Shown: in pieces, positions 19,154 through 28,678 of the stretch | Numbering within the stretch: position 1 is the stretch's first letter | Layout of the letters: each line of letters starts with the position of its first letter | Assembly (NCBI GenBank): GCA_963790025.1 | Contig: CAWBMP010000004.1 | Span: forward strand, 736,001 to 800,000 | Length of the DNA stretch: 64,000 nucleotides | Direction: 5' to 3' | Source: Nitrospirota bacterium | GTDB lineage: Bacteria > Nitrospirota > Thermodesulfovibrionia > Thermodesulfovibrionales > Dissulfurispiraceae | Made by a program: the position numbers and the translations under genes | The notes under the pieces: generated by a model | Told to the model about the DNA's origin: nothing | Database searches by the model: none | What the model saw: the letters and a program-made list of their open reading frames with translations, nothing else

Positions 19154-20143
19154 TTATTTGCCTTTTTTGTTATACAAAAAGGCGAGAAGGCTATCGGCGG
19201 CTGCAGTCGGCGAAGTCTTTTTTTCTTCCACGTTTCTTCTTAACGTTGGTAAGGCCTCGCGGACATGCGGGCTGGTGTAGAACCAGTGTCGTAATCCTTC
19301 GTCAATAAGAAAGGCCATCCAGTCGAGGGCTTGGGTTTTTCTTTTTTTCGCCATTTCGCCGCTGACGGTCAATTTGTCGCGATGGTCCAGGATAGTCTCC
19401 CAGATTTTGTCAATTCCTTTGCCTTCCATGGCGCTGCAGGTAAGAACCGGGGGACTCCAATTCGGACTGTTGGGCAAGAGCATGTGCAAAGCCGTCTGAT
19501 ACTCCTTCTGAGCTATCTCAGCCCGCAACAGATTGTCTCCGTCGGCTTTATTGATGACAATGGCGTCAGCCACTTCAAGCACGCCCTTTTTTATTCCTGT
19601 AAGTTCGTCTCCCGCTCCTGCAATCATCAGCACCAGGAAAAAATCGACCATGGAGGCTACGGAGGTCTCCGCTTGACCGATGCCAACCGTTTCGATTATC
19701 ACAACATCATAGCCGGCGGCTTCGCAGACGAGCATGGTTTCCCGGGTTTTTCTGCCGACACCGCCGAGAGTTCCACCTGACGGGGACGGGCGAATAAAGG
19801 CGTTTGGGTCAACCGCCAGTCGTTCCATGCGAGTTTTGTCACCCAGAATACTGCCGCCGCTGCGGCTGCTGCTTGGGTCGATGGCAAGGACGGCAACCCG
19901 GTGTCCAAGATCTGTGAGCATCGTCCCAAACCTTTCGATAAATGTACTCTTTCCAGCACCAGGAACGCCGGTGATGCCGACACGAATGCCGCGGCCGGTA
20001 TAAAGAAGGAGTCTGTCAACTATGGTTCGGGCAAGCTCTTGATGGGTCGGAAGAGTGCTTTCGACGAGGGTGATGGTTCTGGCGAGTGTCAGAGGATCAC
20101 GATTAAGAACTCCTGTCACATAGTGCTGGGGATCATTTAACAT
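19154..20143 (-). CDS. meaB: Methylmalonyl-CoA mutase-associated GTPase
   Basis: GITGVPGAGKST, DPSS, GGSILGDKTRM, FIRPSPS, ETVGIGQ, NKAD. Confidence 0.95.
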   Translation of the reverse strand: MLNDPQHYVTGVLNRDPLTLARTITLVESTLPTHQELARTIVDRLLLYTGRGIRVGITGVPGAGKSTFIERFGTMLTDLGHRVAVLAIDPSSSRSGGSILGDKTRMERLAVDPNAFIRPSPSGGTLGGVGRKTRETMLVCEAAGYDVVIIETVGIGQAETSVASMVDFFLVLMIAGAGDELTGIKKGVLEVADAIVINKADGDNLLRAEIAQKEYQTALHMLLPNSPNWSPPVLTCSAMEGKGIDKIWETILDHRDKLTVSGEMAKKRKTQALDWMAFLIDEGLRHWFYTSPHVREALPTLRRNVEEKKTSPTAAADSLLAFLYNKKGK

Positions 20144-20227
20144 TTAATATTTTAACATTGATCCCGGTTGGTAAGCCATTGTCTTCTAAATGGACTTCTC
20201 GCAAAAAAGCCATGAGAAGTACACATC

Positions 20228-22369
20228 TTATTTAAGATATTTTTCTTCCAACAAGGCAAGAGTTTTATCGGCAGATTCGGTGATCGGCGTACCCGGCCCA
20301 AAAATAGCCTTTACTCCGGCTTTATAGAGGAAATCATAATCCCCGGGAGGTATAACACCCCCGGCAACAACGAAAATTTCGCCACCGCCGATTTTTTTCA
20401 GTTCTTTGACCAGTGCAGGAATGAGCGACTTGTGCCCGGCCGCAAGACTTGAGGCGCCAACGACATGAACGTCGTTTTCAATGGCCATTTTCGCCGCCTC
20501 CTCAGGGGTCTGGAACATCGGGCTGATGTCAACATCGAAGCCGAGGTCGGCATAGGCGCAGGCAACAACCTTGAAGCCGCGATCATGACCGTCCTGGCCC
20601 ATCTTGGTAACCAGGAGTCGTGGGCGTCGGCCCTGTTTTTCAAGGAACACATTTGTTCGTTGTTTTATCGCCGTGATAGCATTGTTGTCACCCTTGTATT
20701 CCGCCGAGTAGGCGCCGGAGATACAATGGGTCGTGGCAACGAAGCGGCCAAACACCGATTCCATGGCAGTAGAAATTTCACCCAATGTGGCTCTTGCCCG
20801 GACCGCAGGCAGTGCTGCCTCCAACAAGTTGCCGCCGTTTTTTGCGGCGTTGGTCAGATCTGACAGGGCTTTTTCGACTGCCGCCTTGTCGCGGCCGGCC
20901 TTGATTTTTTTGATGCTGGCAATCTGTTCATCGCGAACGGTAGCCGGTACTTCCCGGACTTCGAAATCTATTTTCTCGTCGGCAAGCTTGTATTTGTTGA
21001 CACCGACTATCACATCAAGGCCCTGATCGATCCGAGCCTGTTTTCTTGTCGCTGATTCCTCGATACGCATTTTGGGCATACCGCTTTCGATGGCCTTGGC
21101 CATTCCACCAAGTTCTTCGATTTCATCGATTATTTTTTGAGATTCATTGATGATGCTGTTGGTCAGTGATTCGAGATAGTATGAACCGCCCAAGGGATCA
21201 ATGACATGACAGATCTGCGATTCTTCCTGGATGATGATCTGGGTGTTGCGGGCAATGCGGGCTGAGAAATCAGTCGGCAGACCGATAGCTTCATCAAAGG
21301 AATTGGTATGCAGTGACTGGGTCCCGCCAAGTGCAGCGGTCATGGCTTCGAGAGTGGTACGAATGACGTTGTTGTATGGGTCCTGCTGGGTGAGACTCCA
21401 CCCCGACGTCTGGCAGTGGGTACGGAGCATGGAGGACTTGGGATTTTTCGGGTTAAACCGGCTCATTAACCGATACCAGAGGAATCTGGCTGCCCGCAGC
21501 ATGGCAATATCCATGAAGAAATTCATGCCGATGCCGAAAAAGAAAGAAAGCCTTGGGGCAAAAGTGTCAACATCCATACCGCTCTTCAATGCCGCTTTCA
21601 CATATTCCACACCATCTGCTAAAGTAAAGGCCGTCTGCAGAACGCTATTGGCGCCTGCTTCCATCATATGGTAGCCGCTGATGCTGATGGTATTGTATTT
21701 GGGCATCTCCCTGGAACAATAGGCCATGATATCGGAGACAATACGCATCGATGGCGCGGGAGGGTAGATATAGGTGTTTCGGGTAAGATACTCTTTGAGG
21801 ATGTCGTTCTGTATAGTGCCTTCCAGTTTGTCGTGGGCAACGCCCTGTTCTTCGGCGGCAACAATGTACCCGGCGAGTATCGGAATAACCGCACCATTCA
21901 TGGTCATCGATACAGACATCTGGTCAAGAGGAATACCGTTGAAAAGAATTTTCATATCTTCAACGGAATCTATAGCAACACCCGCCTTGCCGACATCGCC
22001 GGCAACCCGCGGATGGTCGGAATCATAACCCCTGTGTGTAGCCAAATCGAAGGCGACCGACAGACCTTTTTGCCCGGCGGCCAAGGCCTTATGGTAAAAG
22101 GCATTCGATTCTTTGGCGGTTGAGAAACCGGCATACTGACGAATAGTCCATGGTCGCCCGGTATACATGGTGGCCATGGGGCCCCGGACATAAGGAGCCA
22201 TCCCGGGGATGGTGTTAGCTGATTCCATGCCCTCCAGATCTTCGGCGGTATAAAGAGGTTTGACTTTAATACCTTCCGGGGTCATCCAGGAAAGTGTCTC
22301 TACGGACTTGCCCTTCATCTGCTTTTCAGCAATTCCTGTCCATTTTGGCAGTTGTGGATGTTGTGCCAT
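20228..22369 (-). CDS. scpA: Methylmalonyl-CoA mutase (AdoCbl-dependent)
   Basis: [25 protein letters not shown]12-binding motif. Confidence 0.96.
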   Translation of the reverse strand: MAQHPQLPKWTGIAEKQMKGKSVETLSWMTPEGIKVKPLYTAEDLEGMESANTIPGMAPYVRGPMATMYTGRPWTIRQYAGFSTAKESNAFYHKALAAGQKGLSVAFDLATHRGYDSDHPRVAGDVGKAGVAIDSVEDMKILFNGIPLDQMSVSMTMNGAVIPILAGYIVAAEEQGVAHDKLEGTIQNDILKEYLTRNTYIYPPAPSMRIVSDIMAYCSREMPKYNTISISGYHMMEAGANSVLQTAFTLADGVEYVKAALKSGMDVDTFAPRLSFFFGIGMNFFMDIAMLRAARFLWYRLMSRFNPKNPKSSMLRTHCQTSGWSLTQQDPYNNVIRTTLEAMTAALGGTQSLHTNSFDEAIGLPTDFSARIARNTQIIIQEESQICHVIDPLGGSYYLESLTNSIINESQKIIDEIEELGGMAKAIESGMPKMRIEESATRKQARIDQGLDVIVGVNKYKLADEKIDFEVREVPATVRDEQIASIKKIKAGRDKAAVEKALSDLTNAAKNGGNLLEAALPAVRARATLGEISTAMESVFGRFVATTHCISGAYSAEYKGDNNAITAIKQRTNVFLEKQGRRPRLLVTKMGQDGHDRGFKVVACAYADLGFDVDISPMFQTPEEAAKMAIENDVHVVGASSLAAGHKSLIPALVKELKKIGGGEIFVVAGGVIPPGDYDFLYKAGVKAIFGPGTPITESADKTLALLEEKYLK

Positions 22370-22400
22370 TTATTACTCCTTGTCTAACGGTATTTCATCG

Positions 22401-22434
22401 CACCCCAGAAAGTCTACGACTTTCCGGGGACCCC
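22401..22434. repeat. REP-like hairpin CACCCC-stem-GGGGACCCC (copy 1 of 3)
   Basis: CACCCCAGAAAGTCTACGACTTTCCGGGGACCCC; related copies at 22915-22948 and 22979-23010. Confidence 0.75.
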
Positions 22435-22470
22435 GTCATGCCCGTGAAGCGGATAAGTGCAGAGGGCGTG

Positions 22471-22872
22471 TCAACGCTCACAGAGTTCAACCAGGACACC
22501 TCCGGTGGCCTTGGGGTGCAGGAAGGCAATCTTGGCACCACCCGCACCAATTCGCGGTTGCTCGTCGATGAGTTGGATACCTTTTTCCTTAAGTTCTTTT
22601 AAGGCCTCTTCGATATTAGCTACCCGAAAAGCGACATGCTGAAACCCAGCGCCTTTCTTTTCAATAAATTTTGCCACCGGCCCATCGGGTGAGGTTGACT
22701 CAAGAAGTTCCACTTCACTTTCACCGACCGGAAAAAACGCTGTGGTCACTTTTTGGGTTTCTACCGTTTCAGAGCCTTCGAACCTCAGTCCGAGAACGTC
22801 GGACCAAAAAAGTTTTCCGTCATCAATACTGTTGACAGCTATTCCCATATGGTCAATCTTGAGTATTTCCAT
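22471..22872 (-). CDS. mce: Methylmalonyl-CoA epimerase
   Basis: IDHMGIAV, ELLES, GFQHVAF, AFLHPKATGGVLVEL; SD GGAGG before ATG 22872. Confidence 0.95.
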   Translation of the reverse strand: MEILKIDHMGIAVNSIDDGKLFWSDVLGLRFEGSETVETQKVTTAFFPVGESEVELLESTSPDGPVAKFIEKKGAGFQHVAFRVANIEEALKELKEKGIQLIDEQPRIGAGGAKIAFLHPKATGGVLVELCER

Positions 22873-22882
22873 TGTATGCCTC

Positions 22883-23055
22883 CACAGTTTCGTATAAAGT
22901 CCATATGCTAGTGCCACCCCAGTAAGTCTGCGACTTACTGGGGACCCCGGTGCGTTGCCCTTCGCCCTTAGTCACTCGCACCCCGAAAGACTTCGGCTTT
23001 CGGGGACCCCGTGCGGACTCGTGCGCCTTGCCTATGAACTTTTTACGAAACCGTC
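22883..23055. mobile_element. MITE-like element with imperfect terminal inverted repeats, carrying two nested REP-like hairpins
   Basis: CACAGTTTCGTATAAAGT ... ACTTTTTACGAAACCGTC (15/18 complementary); non-coding. Confidence 0.65.
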
Positions 23056-23068
23056 ATATTTGTTAACA

Positions 23069-23938
23069 TTAAAAAATGCCGGCACAGAAATCGCCGAACC
23101 TGCCAAGATTATCACATATATGAATTCCCGCTTCCTTCATGACCGCAATCTTTGACTGGGCAGTACCGCTCTTGCCGCTCACTATCGCCCCTGCGTGTCC
23201 CATGCGTCTGCCCGGGGGAGCGCTTAATCCCGCAACAAACCCGACTATGGGCTTACTGACTTTTTCTGCAATATACTCAGCAGCCTCTTCCTCTGCAGTG
23301 CCGCCGATTTCACCCACAAGGACGATCCCCTTTGTCTCGGGATCTTCTTCAAAGGCCTTGAGGCAATCAATAAAGTTTGTTCCGTTTACCGGGTCACCTC
23401 CGATGCCGAGGCAGGTTGTCTGGCCGATTCCTTTCGTAGTCAATTGATGCACAACCTCATAGGTCAACGTGCCGGAGCGCGACACGACGCCGATGGGGCC
23501 GCCGGGCTTGTGGATGAAGCCGGGCATGATACCTATCTTGCACTGACCTGGCGTTATGATTCCGGGACAGTTCGGCCCGATAAGCCTGACTTGTTTCCCA
23601 TTCAGATAATTCTTGATCCGCATCATGTCGAGCACCGGAATGCCTTCGGTGATGGCGACAATAATATCCACATCACCGTCGATCGCCTCCATGATGGCCT
23701 TTGCGGCAAAGGCCGGAGGGACAAAAATCATGCTGCAGTTCGCACCGGTTGCACGCACAGCCTCCTTGACAGAATTAAATACCGGCACATCGTCCATGTT
23801 CTGTCCGCCTTTCCCGGGGGTCACGCCGGCCACGACCCGCGTACCGTATTCAATACACTGCCGGGTATGGAACTGGCCTTCTCTGCCGGTAATCCCCTGG
23901 ACAAGCAGTCTTGTTTCCTTATCTACAAATATTGCCAT
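23069..23938 (-). CDS. sucD: Succinyl-CoA synthetase alpha subunit
   Basis: [37 protein letters not shown] phospho-His. Confidence 0.97.
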   Translation of the reverse strand: MAIFVDKETRLLVQGITGREGQFHTRQCIEYGTRVVAGVTPGKGGQNMDDVPVFNSVKEAVRATGANCSMIFVPPAFAAKAIMEAIDGDVDIIVAITEGIPVLDMMRIKNYLNGKQVRLIGPNCPGIITPGQCKIGIMPGFIHKPGGPIGVVSRSGTLTYEVVHQLTTKGIGQTTCLGIGGDPVNGTNFIDCLKAFEEDPETKGIVLVGEIGGTAEEEAAEYIAEKVSKPIVGFVAGLSAPPGRRMGHAGAIVSGKSGTAQSKIAVMKEAGIHICDNLGRFGDFCAGIF

Positions 23939-23971
23939 GATCTTCTATCCTTCTTTCCAAAACAATATCAT

Positions 23972-25135
23972 TCAATTCCTGGTGATCTCTGCAATTTTTC
24001 CGGCTGCATCGTTCAGGTTGTCTGCAGTAATGAGATTCAGGCCTGAGACCGCAAGAATTTCCCTGCCCTTTTCCACATTGGTCCCCTGCAGCCGGATCAC
24101 AACCGGTACCTTTATTCCCGTTTTCCTGGCTGCCTGGACAACCCCTTCGGCCAGGACGTCGCACCGCAGAATCCCGCCGAAAATATTGATCAGAACCGCC
24201 TTAACATTGCCATCGCTCAAAATGATGCGGAAACCGTTTTCAACCATTCCCGCATCGGCCCCGCCCCCCACGTCAAGGAAATTCGCAGGCTCCGCGCCGA
24301 CGCTCTTGATCAGGTCCATGGTTGCCATGGCGAGTCCAGCGCCGTTAACCATATTGCCGACGTTGCCATTTAGGTTGATGTAATTAAGGTTGTATTTCGA
24401 GGCCTCCACTTCCAGGGGGTCCTCTTCATCAATGTCCCTGAACTTCAGAATATCCTTTTGCCGGAACAGGGCGTTATCATCGATCTCCACTTTTGCATCC
24501 AAAGCAACAAGTGTCTCCTGAGCAGTAATCACGAGAGGATTGATCTCGAGCAGTGAACAGTCGGCTTCGATAAAAAGTCTGTACAGGTTTTCAACCAGCG
24601 CGGAAAACTTTTCGGCAAGCGAATCGGGCAGATTGAGACCGGCTCCGATTTCTCTACAATGACCGGGCTCGATTCCAGTGAGAGGATTAATCAACACCTT
24701 GATTATCTTTTCAGGGGACTTCGCGGCAACCTCTTCGATATCCATTCCCCCTGCCCGGCTTGCAATTATCATGATCTTTGCTGTGGACCGGTCCGGGATG
24801 ATCGAAAAATAAAGCTCCTGAGTAATATCAAGCCCTTGCTCCACCAGGACTTTTCGGACCTTCCTTCCCTGCGGTCCTGTCTGGGGAGTCACTAGTGGCC
24901 TGTCGAATATGGCCGCTGCCGCGCTTTGCACCTCCTGAATATTCCGGGTAAGTTTAACGCCTCCTCCCTTGCCTCGGCCACCCGCATGAACTTGTGCCTT
25001 GACTACAACTGGAAACCCGCCAAGCCTTCCAGCAATAGCACAGGCATCATCAGGGCTTGTGGCAACATACCCCTCAGGCACAGCAATATGATGATTCCGA
25101 AATAATTCCTTGGCCTGATATTCATGTATTTTCAT
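23972..25135 (-). CDS. sucC: Succinyl-CoA synthetase beta subunit
   Basis: MKIHEYQAK, KAQVHAGGRGKGGGV, VNGAGLAMATMD, NIFGGILRCD. Confidence 0.97.
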   Translation of the reverse strand: MKIHEYQAKELFRNHHIAVPEGYVATSPDDACAIAGRLGGFPVVVKAQVHAGGRGKGGGVKLTRNIQEVQSAAAAIFDRPLVTPQTGPQGRKVRKVLVEQGLDITQELYFSIIPDRSTAKIMIIASRAGGMDIEEVAAKSPEKIIKVLINPLTGIEPGHCREIGAGLNLPDSLAEKFSALVENLYRLFIEADCSLLEINPLVITAQETLVALDAKVEIDDNALFRQKDILKFRDIDEEDPLEVEASKYNLNYINLNGNVGNMVNGAGLAMATMDLIKSVGAEPANFLDVGGGADAGMVENGFRIILSDGNVKAVLINIFGGILRCDVLAEGVVQAARKTGIKVPVVIRLQGTNVEKGREILAVSGLNLITADNLNDAAGKIAEITRN

Positions 25136-25232
25136 TAACCCGCCTTCTCATCTAAAATTTCTGTTGGCCTGTTTGCCTCATTAGAAGACGTTCGGCCTTC
25201 TATCGGGACAAACAATTTTTAAAAGTAATCCT

Positions 25233-25248
25233 TGCAAAAAAGGGGCCA
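25233..25248 (-). promoter_or_regulatory. sigma54 promoter motif for sucC-sucD-mce-scpA-meaB
   Basis: TGGCCCCTTTTTTGCA on minus strand: GG-N10-GC. Confidence 0.7.
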
Positions 25249-25313
25249 ATTGAATATTAACAGAAATACCATGAAAAGGGAATAACTTTATCCACCCACT
25301 CCTGCGTAAAGCA

Positions 25314-25497
25314 TATTATAATGCATTTAATTGCATGCAAAAATATGCTTAATATGCAGTATATTGCATAAACAAACAGTTCAAACATTGAAGACTCTGA
25401 TAAGGGAATTCATTGTGCCGATCAATGAAGACGTTCTGTTTTACTGATTTTCAAGGTCTATTGTTGCTAAATATTGAAAGATGGTACAATTCCTGCT
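25314..25497 (+). promoter_or_regulatory. Regulatory module copy 2: two palindromic putative enhancer sites + sigma54 promoter motif
   Basis: ATGCATTTAATTGCAT (25321-25336), ATGCAGTATATTGCAT (25354-25369), TGGTACAATTCCTGCT (25482-25497); homologous to 9588-9772. Confidence 0.8.
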
Positions 25498-25535
25498 AAC
25501 CAGTACCCGAGACTGTTGTGTTATTCTAAGAACAC

Positions 25536-25687
25536 GGCCAGAGACCGCCAGGCTTTAGCCTGGGGATTAATGGCCTCCCGGAGCAGAGCGGAGGCGCCTT
25601 TTGGCATATTCTGGTATGGCCAAAGGTCAGCACCAGGGATGCCGGAGGCCTGAAACCCCGGTCTTAAGACCGGGTGAGAGGGTTCAA
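25536..25687 (+). mobile_element. Non-autonomous IS200/IS605-like element (PATE) made of two subterminal hairpins
   Basis: CCAGGC-TTTA-GCCTGG (25548-25563) and CCCGGTCTTAAGACCGGG (25657-25674) followed by GAGAGGGTTCAA; no tnpA/tnpB. Confidence 0.55.
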
Positions 25688-25712
25688 TATATATGTCCAC
25701 CGGAAACGTGCC

Positions 25713-25850
25713 ATGAGTTGCCTTGATGAAATAAAACATCTCATAGAAACCGACAAAAAATTTGTCTGGCATCCCTTTACCCAGATGAAGGGCTGGCTTG
25801 AAGAGGACCCGATTATCATTGTCAAGGGGAAGGATTTTGGAAAGATATAG
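25713..25850 (+). pseudogene. bioA: N-terminal remnant of DAPA aminotransferase BioA (45 codons)
   Basis: MSCLDEIKHLIETDKKFVWHPFTQMKGWLEEDPIIIVKGK then stop; WHPFTQM is the BioA N-terminal signature. Confidence 0.8.
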
Positions 25851-25908
25851 AGCGTAACAAGAGACTTCGAGGTTATCGAAGAAAAAATCCTTAAAGGAGA
25901 AATGAGCG

Positions 25909-27822
25909 ATGGGAAAGTATGATGATATCTTTCAAAAAAGCATCAAGGACCCTTCAGGCTTTTGGGGAGAGGCCGCAGAACAAATCGACTGGTACAAGAG
26001 ATGGGACAAGGTCCTGGATGATTCAAGGAAACCTTTCTACAAATGGTTTGTGGGCGGCGAACTCAACACATGCTACAATGCGCTGGACAGGCATGTGAAA
26101 GGCGGGAGGGGGAACCAGATCGCCCTCATTTATGACAGTCCCGTAACCGACACTATCGAGAAATTCACCTATTCCCAACTGCTTGACACAGTTGCCAAGT
26201 TTGCAGGGGCGTTGAAAGGACTTGGTGTTGTCAAGGGCGATACAGTCATTATTTACATGCCTATGATTCCACAGGCAGCGATCGCCATGCTGGCCTGCGC
26301 CCGTCTTGGGGCCATCCATTCAGTAGTCTTCGGAGGTTTCGCTCCGCATGAGCTGGCAATACGCATTGACGATGCAAAACCGAAGGTGTTGATCTCCGCA
26401 TCGGGCGCCAAGGAGGGGGCCCGCGTCCTGGAGTACAAGCCGATGATAGACAAAGCACTGGAACTCTCCAAGCATAGACCCCAGAAATGCATAATCTTCC
26501 AGAGGCAATTTGTAACGGCGTCTATTATCGAAGGCCGCGATCTCGACTTTGAACAGATAACTGCAAAGGCCGCTCCCGCAGACTGCGTGCCGGTTAAGGC
26601 TACCGACCCTCTCTATATTCTCTACACCTCAGGAACTACCGGTGTCCCCAAAGGGATTGTCCGTGATAACGGCGGTCATGCGGTGGCATTGAGATGGAGC
26701 ATTCCAAACATCTATGATACCTATCCCGGGGAAGTTTACTGGGCGGCCTCCGACGTGGGCTGGGTAGTGGGTCATTCATATATAATATATGCTCCGCTAA
26801 TAAGCGGCTGCACAACTGTATTATATGAAGGAAAACCTGTAGGCACGCCGAATCCCGGGGCCTTCTGGAGGGTCATCTCCGAGCATGGAGTCAAGACCCT
26901 GTTCACTGCGCCTACCGCTTTCCGGGCAATAAAGAGGGACGATCCGAACGGTGACTATATAAAACAGTATGACCTCTCAAAATTTAAATACCTCTTCCTC
27001 GCCGGTGAGCGGCTCGATCCCGACACTTACCACTGGGCACATGACCTTCTTAACAAGCACGTAGTGGACCACTGGTGGCAGACCGAGACAGGATGGCCTA
27101 TTACTGCAAACTGCATGGGGATCGAACAGTTTGCTATTAAACCGGGCTCTTCTACGAAACCGGTTCCGGGGTATAATATTCACATTCTCGACAGCGACGG
27201 TAAAGTGCTTGGGCCGAATCAGACTGGGATCATAACCGCAAAACTTCCCCTTCCCCCTGGAACGCTGCCCACACTCTGGAATGCGGATGACCGGTATCTT
27301 GAGTCATATTGTAAAATGTTCGATGGATATTATTTTACCGCTGACGGGGGATACAAGGACGAAGACGGCTACATCTTCGTCATGGGCCGTGTTGATGATG
27401 TGATCAATGTGGCCGGTCACAGGCTCTCAACCGGCGAGATGGAGGGTATCATAGCAACCCATCCCGATGTTGCCGAATGTGCAGTGATCGGCGTCGGCGA
27501 TAACATGAAAGGGCAGTTGCCGGTTGGCTTTGTGGTCCTTAAGGCAGGCGTAAAGAAAAGCCCTGAGGAGATCAAGAAGGAAGTGACAAAACTCATAAGA
27601 GACCAAATCGGTCCCTTCGCGTGCTATAAGGAGACCGCTGTTGTTACTAGACTGCCGAAGACGCGTTCTGGTAAAATACTTCGTGCCACCATGAGAAAGA
27701 TTGCCGATGGTGAAAAATACAGTGTCCCATCCACAATCGATGATCCGGCAGTCCTTGGCGAGATGGCGGAGGCCCTGAAGGGCATCGGCTATGCCGGGGA
27801 CAATGAATGTTTAACGCTTTAA
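25909..27822 (+). CDS. prpE: Propionyl-CoA synthetase (AMP-forming), copy 2, full length
   Basis: YTSGTTGVPKG, RDNGGHAVAL, SDVGWVVGHSY, DHWWQTETG, LPKTRSGK. Confidence 0.9.
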   Translation: MGKYDDIFQKSIKDPSGFWGEAAEQIDWYKRWDKVLDDSRKPFYKWFVGGELNTCYNALDRHVKGGRGNQIALIYDSPVTDTIEKFTYSQLLDTVAKFAGALKGLGVVKGDTVIIYMPMIPQAAIAMLACARLGAIHSVVFGGFAPHELAIRIDDAKPKVLISASGAKEGARVLEYKPMIDKALELSKHRPQKCIIFQRQFVTASIIEGRDLDFEQITAKAAPADCVPVKATDPLYILYTSGTTGVPKGIVRDNGGHAVALRWSIPNIYDTYPGEVYWAASDVGWVVGHSYIIYAPLISGCTTVLYEGKPVGTPNPGAFWRVISEHGVKTLFTAPTAFRAIKRDDPNGDYIKQYDLSKFKYLFLAGERLDPDTYHWAHDLLNKHVVDHWWQTETGWPITANCMGIEQFAIKPGSSTKPVPGYNIHILDSDGKVLGPNQTGIITAKLPLPPGTLPTLWNADDRYLESYCKMFDGYYFTADGGYKDEDGYIFVMGRVDDVINVAGHRLSTGEMEGIIATHPDVAECAVIGVGDNMKGQLPVGFVVLKAGVKKSPEEIKKEVTKLIRDQIGPFACYKETAVVTRLPKTRSGKILRATMRKIADGEKYSVPSTIDDPAVLGEMAEALKGIGYAGDNECLTL

Positions 27823-27856
27823 CTGCCATTAAAAAGGAGACTGAAGGGACCACGGC

Positions 27857-28543
27857 ATGTACTTACACATATTATATTTTTTGAAAAACATGGTGGGGAA
27901 AAAATTAATCATGTCGGTTTCCGGTTTTTCGATGCTCCTCTTTGTCGTAGTGCATCTGATCGGGAATGCCTCTATTTATGACGGCCCCAGCGGCATCAAT
28001 GTCTATGCTCAGGCGCTACATCATAACAGCACTTTCCTTTTCTCAGTACGGATGGGGCTGCTCGCTGTATTTTCCCTGCATGTCTTTTACGGGATCCAAC
28101 TGACCCTCGAGAACAATGCCGCAAAACCGCAGGGCTATGCAGTAAACAAAAGCCTCAGCGCCACCTTTGCTTCCAGGAATATGATCTGGACAGGTCTTCT
28201 CGTTGCAGTATTCGTTATCTACCACCTGCTCCACTTCACATTCCATGTTACAAACCCGGAGATCTCGGCAGACAGACATCTGGATGCAATGGGCCGTCAT
28301 GATGTATACATGATGATAGTGCTCAGCTTCAGGAACCTTTTTATTTCCCTTGCTTATGTCTGTTCCATGGGTTTTCTAGGCCTGCATCTTTCACACGGCA
28401 TCCAGAGTTCCTTCCAGACCGTTGGACTGAACACCAGGAGGTCTTTCCCCTTTATCATGAAAGGGGCAACGCTTCTCTGGATAATCATTTTTCTCGGTTT
28501 TGCTTCATTTCCGATAGTCTTTCTGACAGGGCTTATAAAATAA
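27857..28543 (+). CDS. sdhC: Succinate dehydrogenase/fumarate reductase cytochrome b subunit
   Basis: Multiple TM segments with conserved His (VHLIGN, LHV, YHLLHFT, LHLSHG). Confidence 0.9.
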   Translation: MYLHILYFLKNMVGKKLIMSVSGFSMLLFVVVHLIGNASIYDGPSGINVYAQALHHNSTFLFSVRMGLLAVFSLHVFYGIQLTLENNAAKPQGYAVNKSLSATFASRNMIWTGLLVAVFVIYHLLHFTFHVTNPEISADRHLDAMGRHDVYMMIVLSFRNLFISLAYVCSMGFLGLHLSHGIQSSFQTVGLNTRRSFPFIMKGATLLWIIIFLGFASFPIVFLTGLIK

Positions 28544-28655
28544 AGGCAGGCTAAAGGCTATAGGCAAAAGGCAATAGGTGAAAGACAAAAACCAAAACAC
28601 TATAAGTAAGGGAATATCTTCTATTTTTTTTCTTATAGCCTTTTGCCATTTGCCT
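28544..28655. repeat. Inverted array of short ~7-bp tandem units (AGGCxAW ... WTxGCCT)
   Basis: AGGCTAAAGGCTATAGGCAAAAGGCAATAGG facing TATAGCCTTTTGCCATTTGCCT between sdhC and sdhA. Confidence 0.65.
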
Positions 28656-28678
28656 GATTTTTTTGAGGAGATACAATC

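Noticed and set aside
22899..22916. TGGCAC upstream of mce as a fifth sigma54 promoter
   Set aside because: No GC at the -12 position; lies inside the MITE
22401..23010. CRISPR array from the three CACCCC..GGGGACCCC repeats
   Set aside because: Repeats are non-identical, irregularly spaced, separated by a gene, and no cas genes are present
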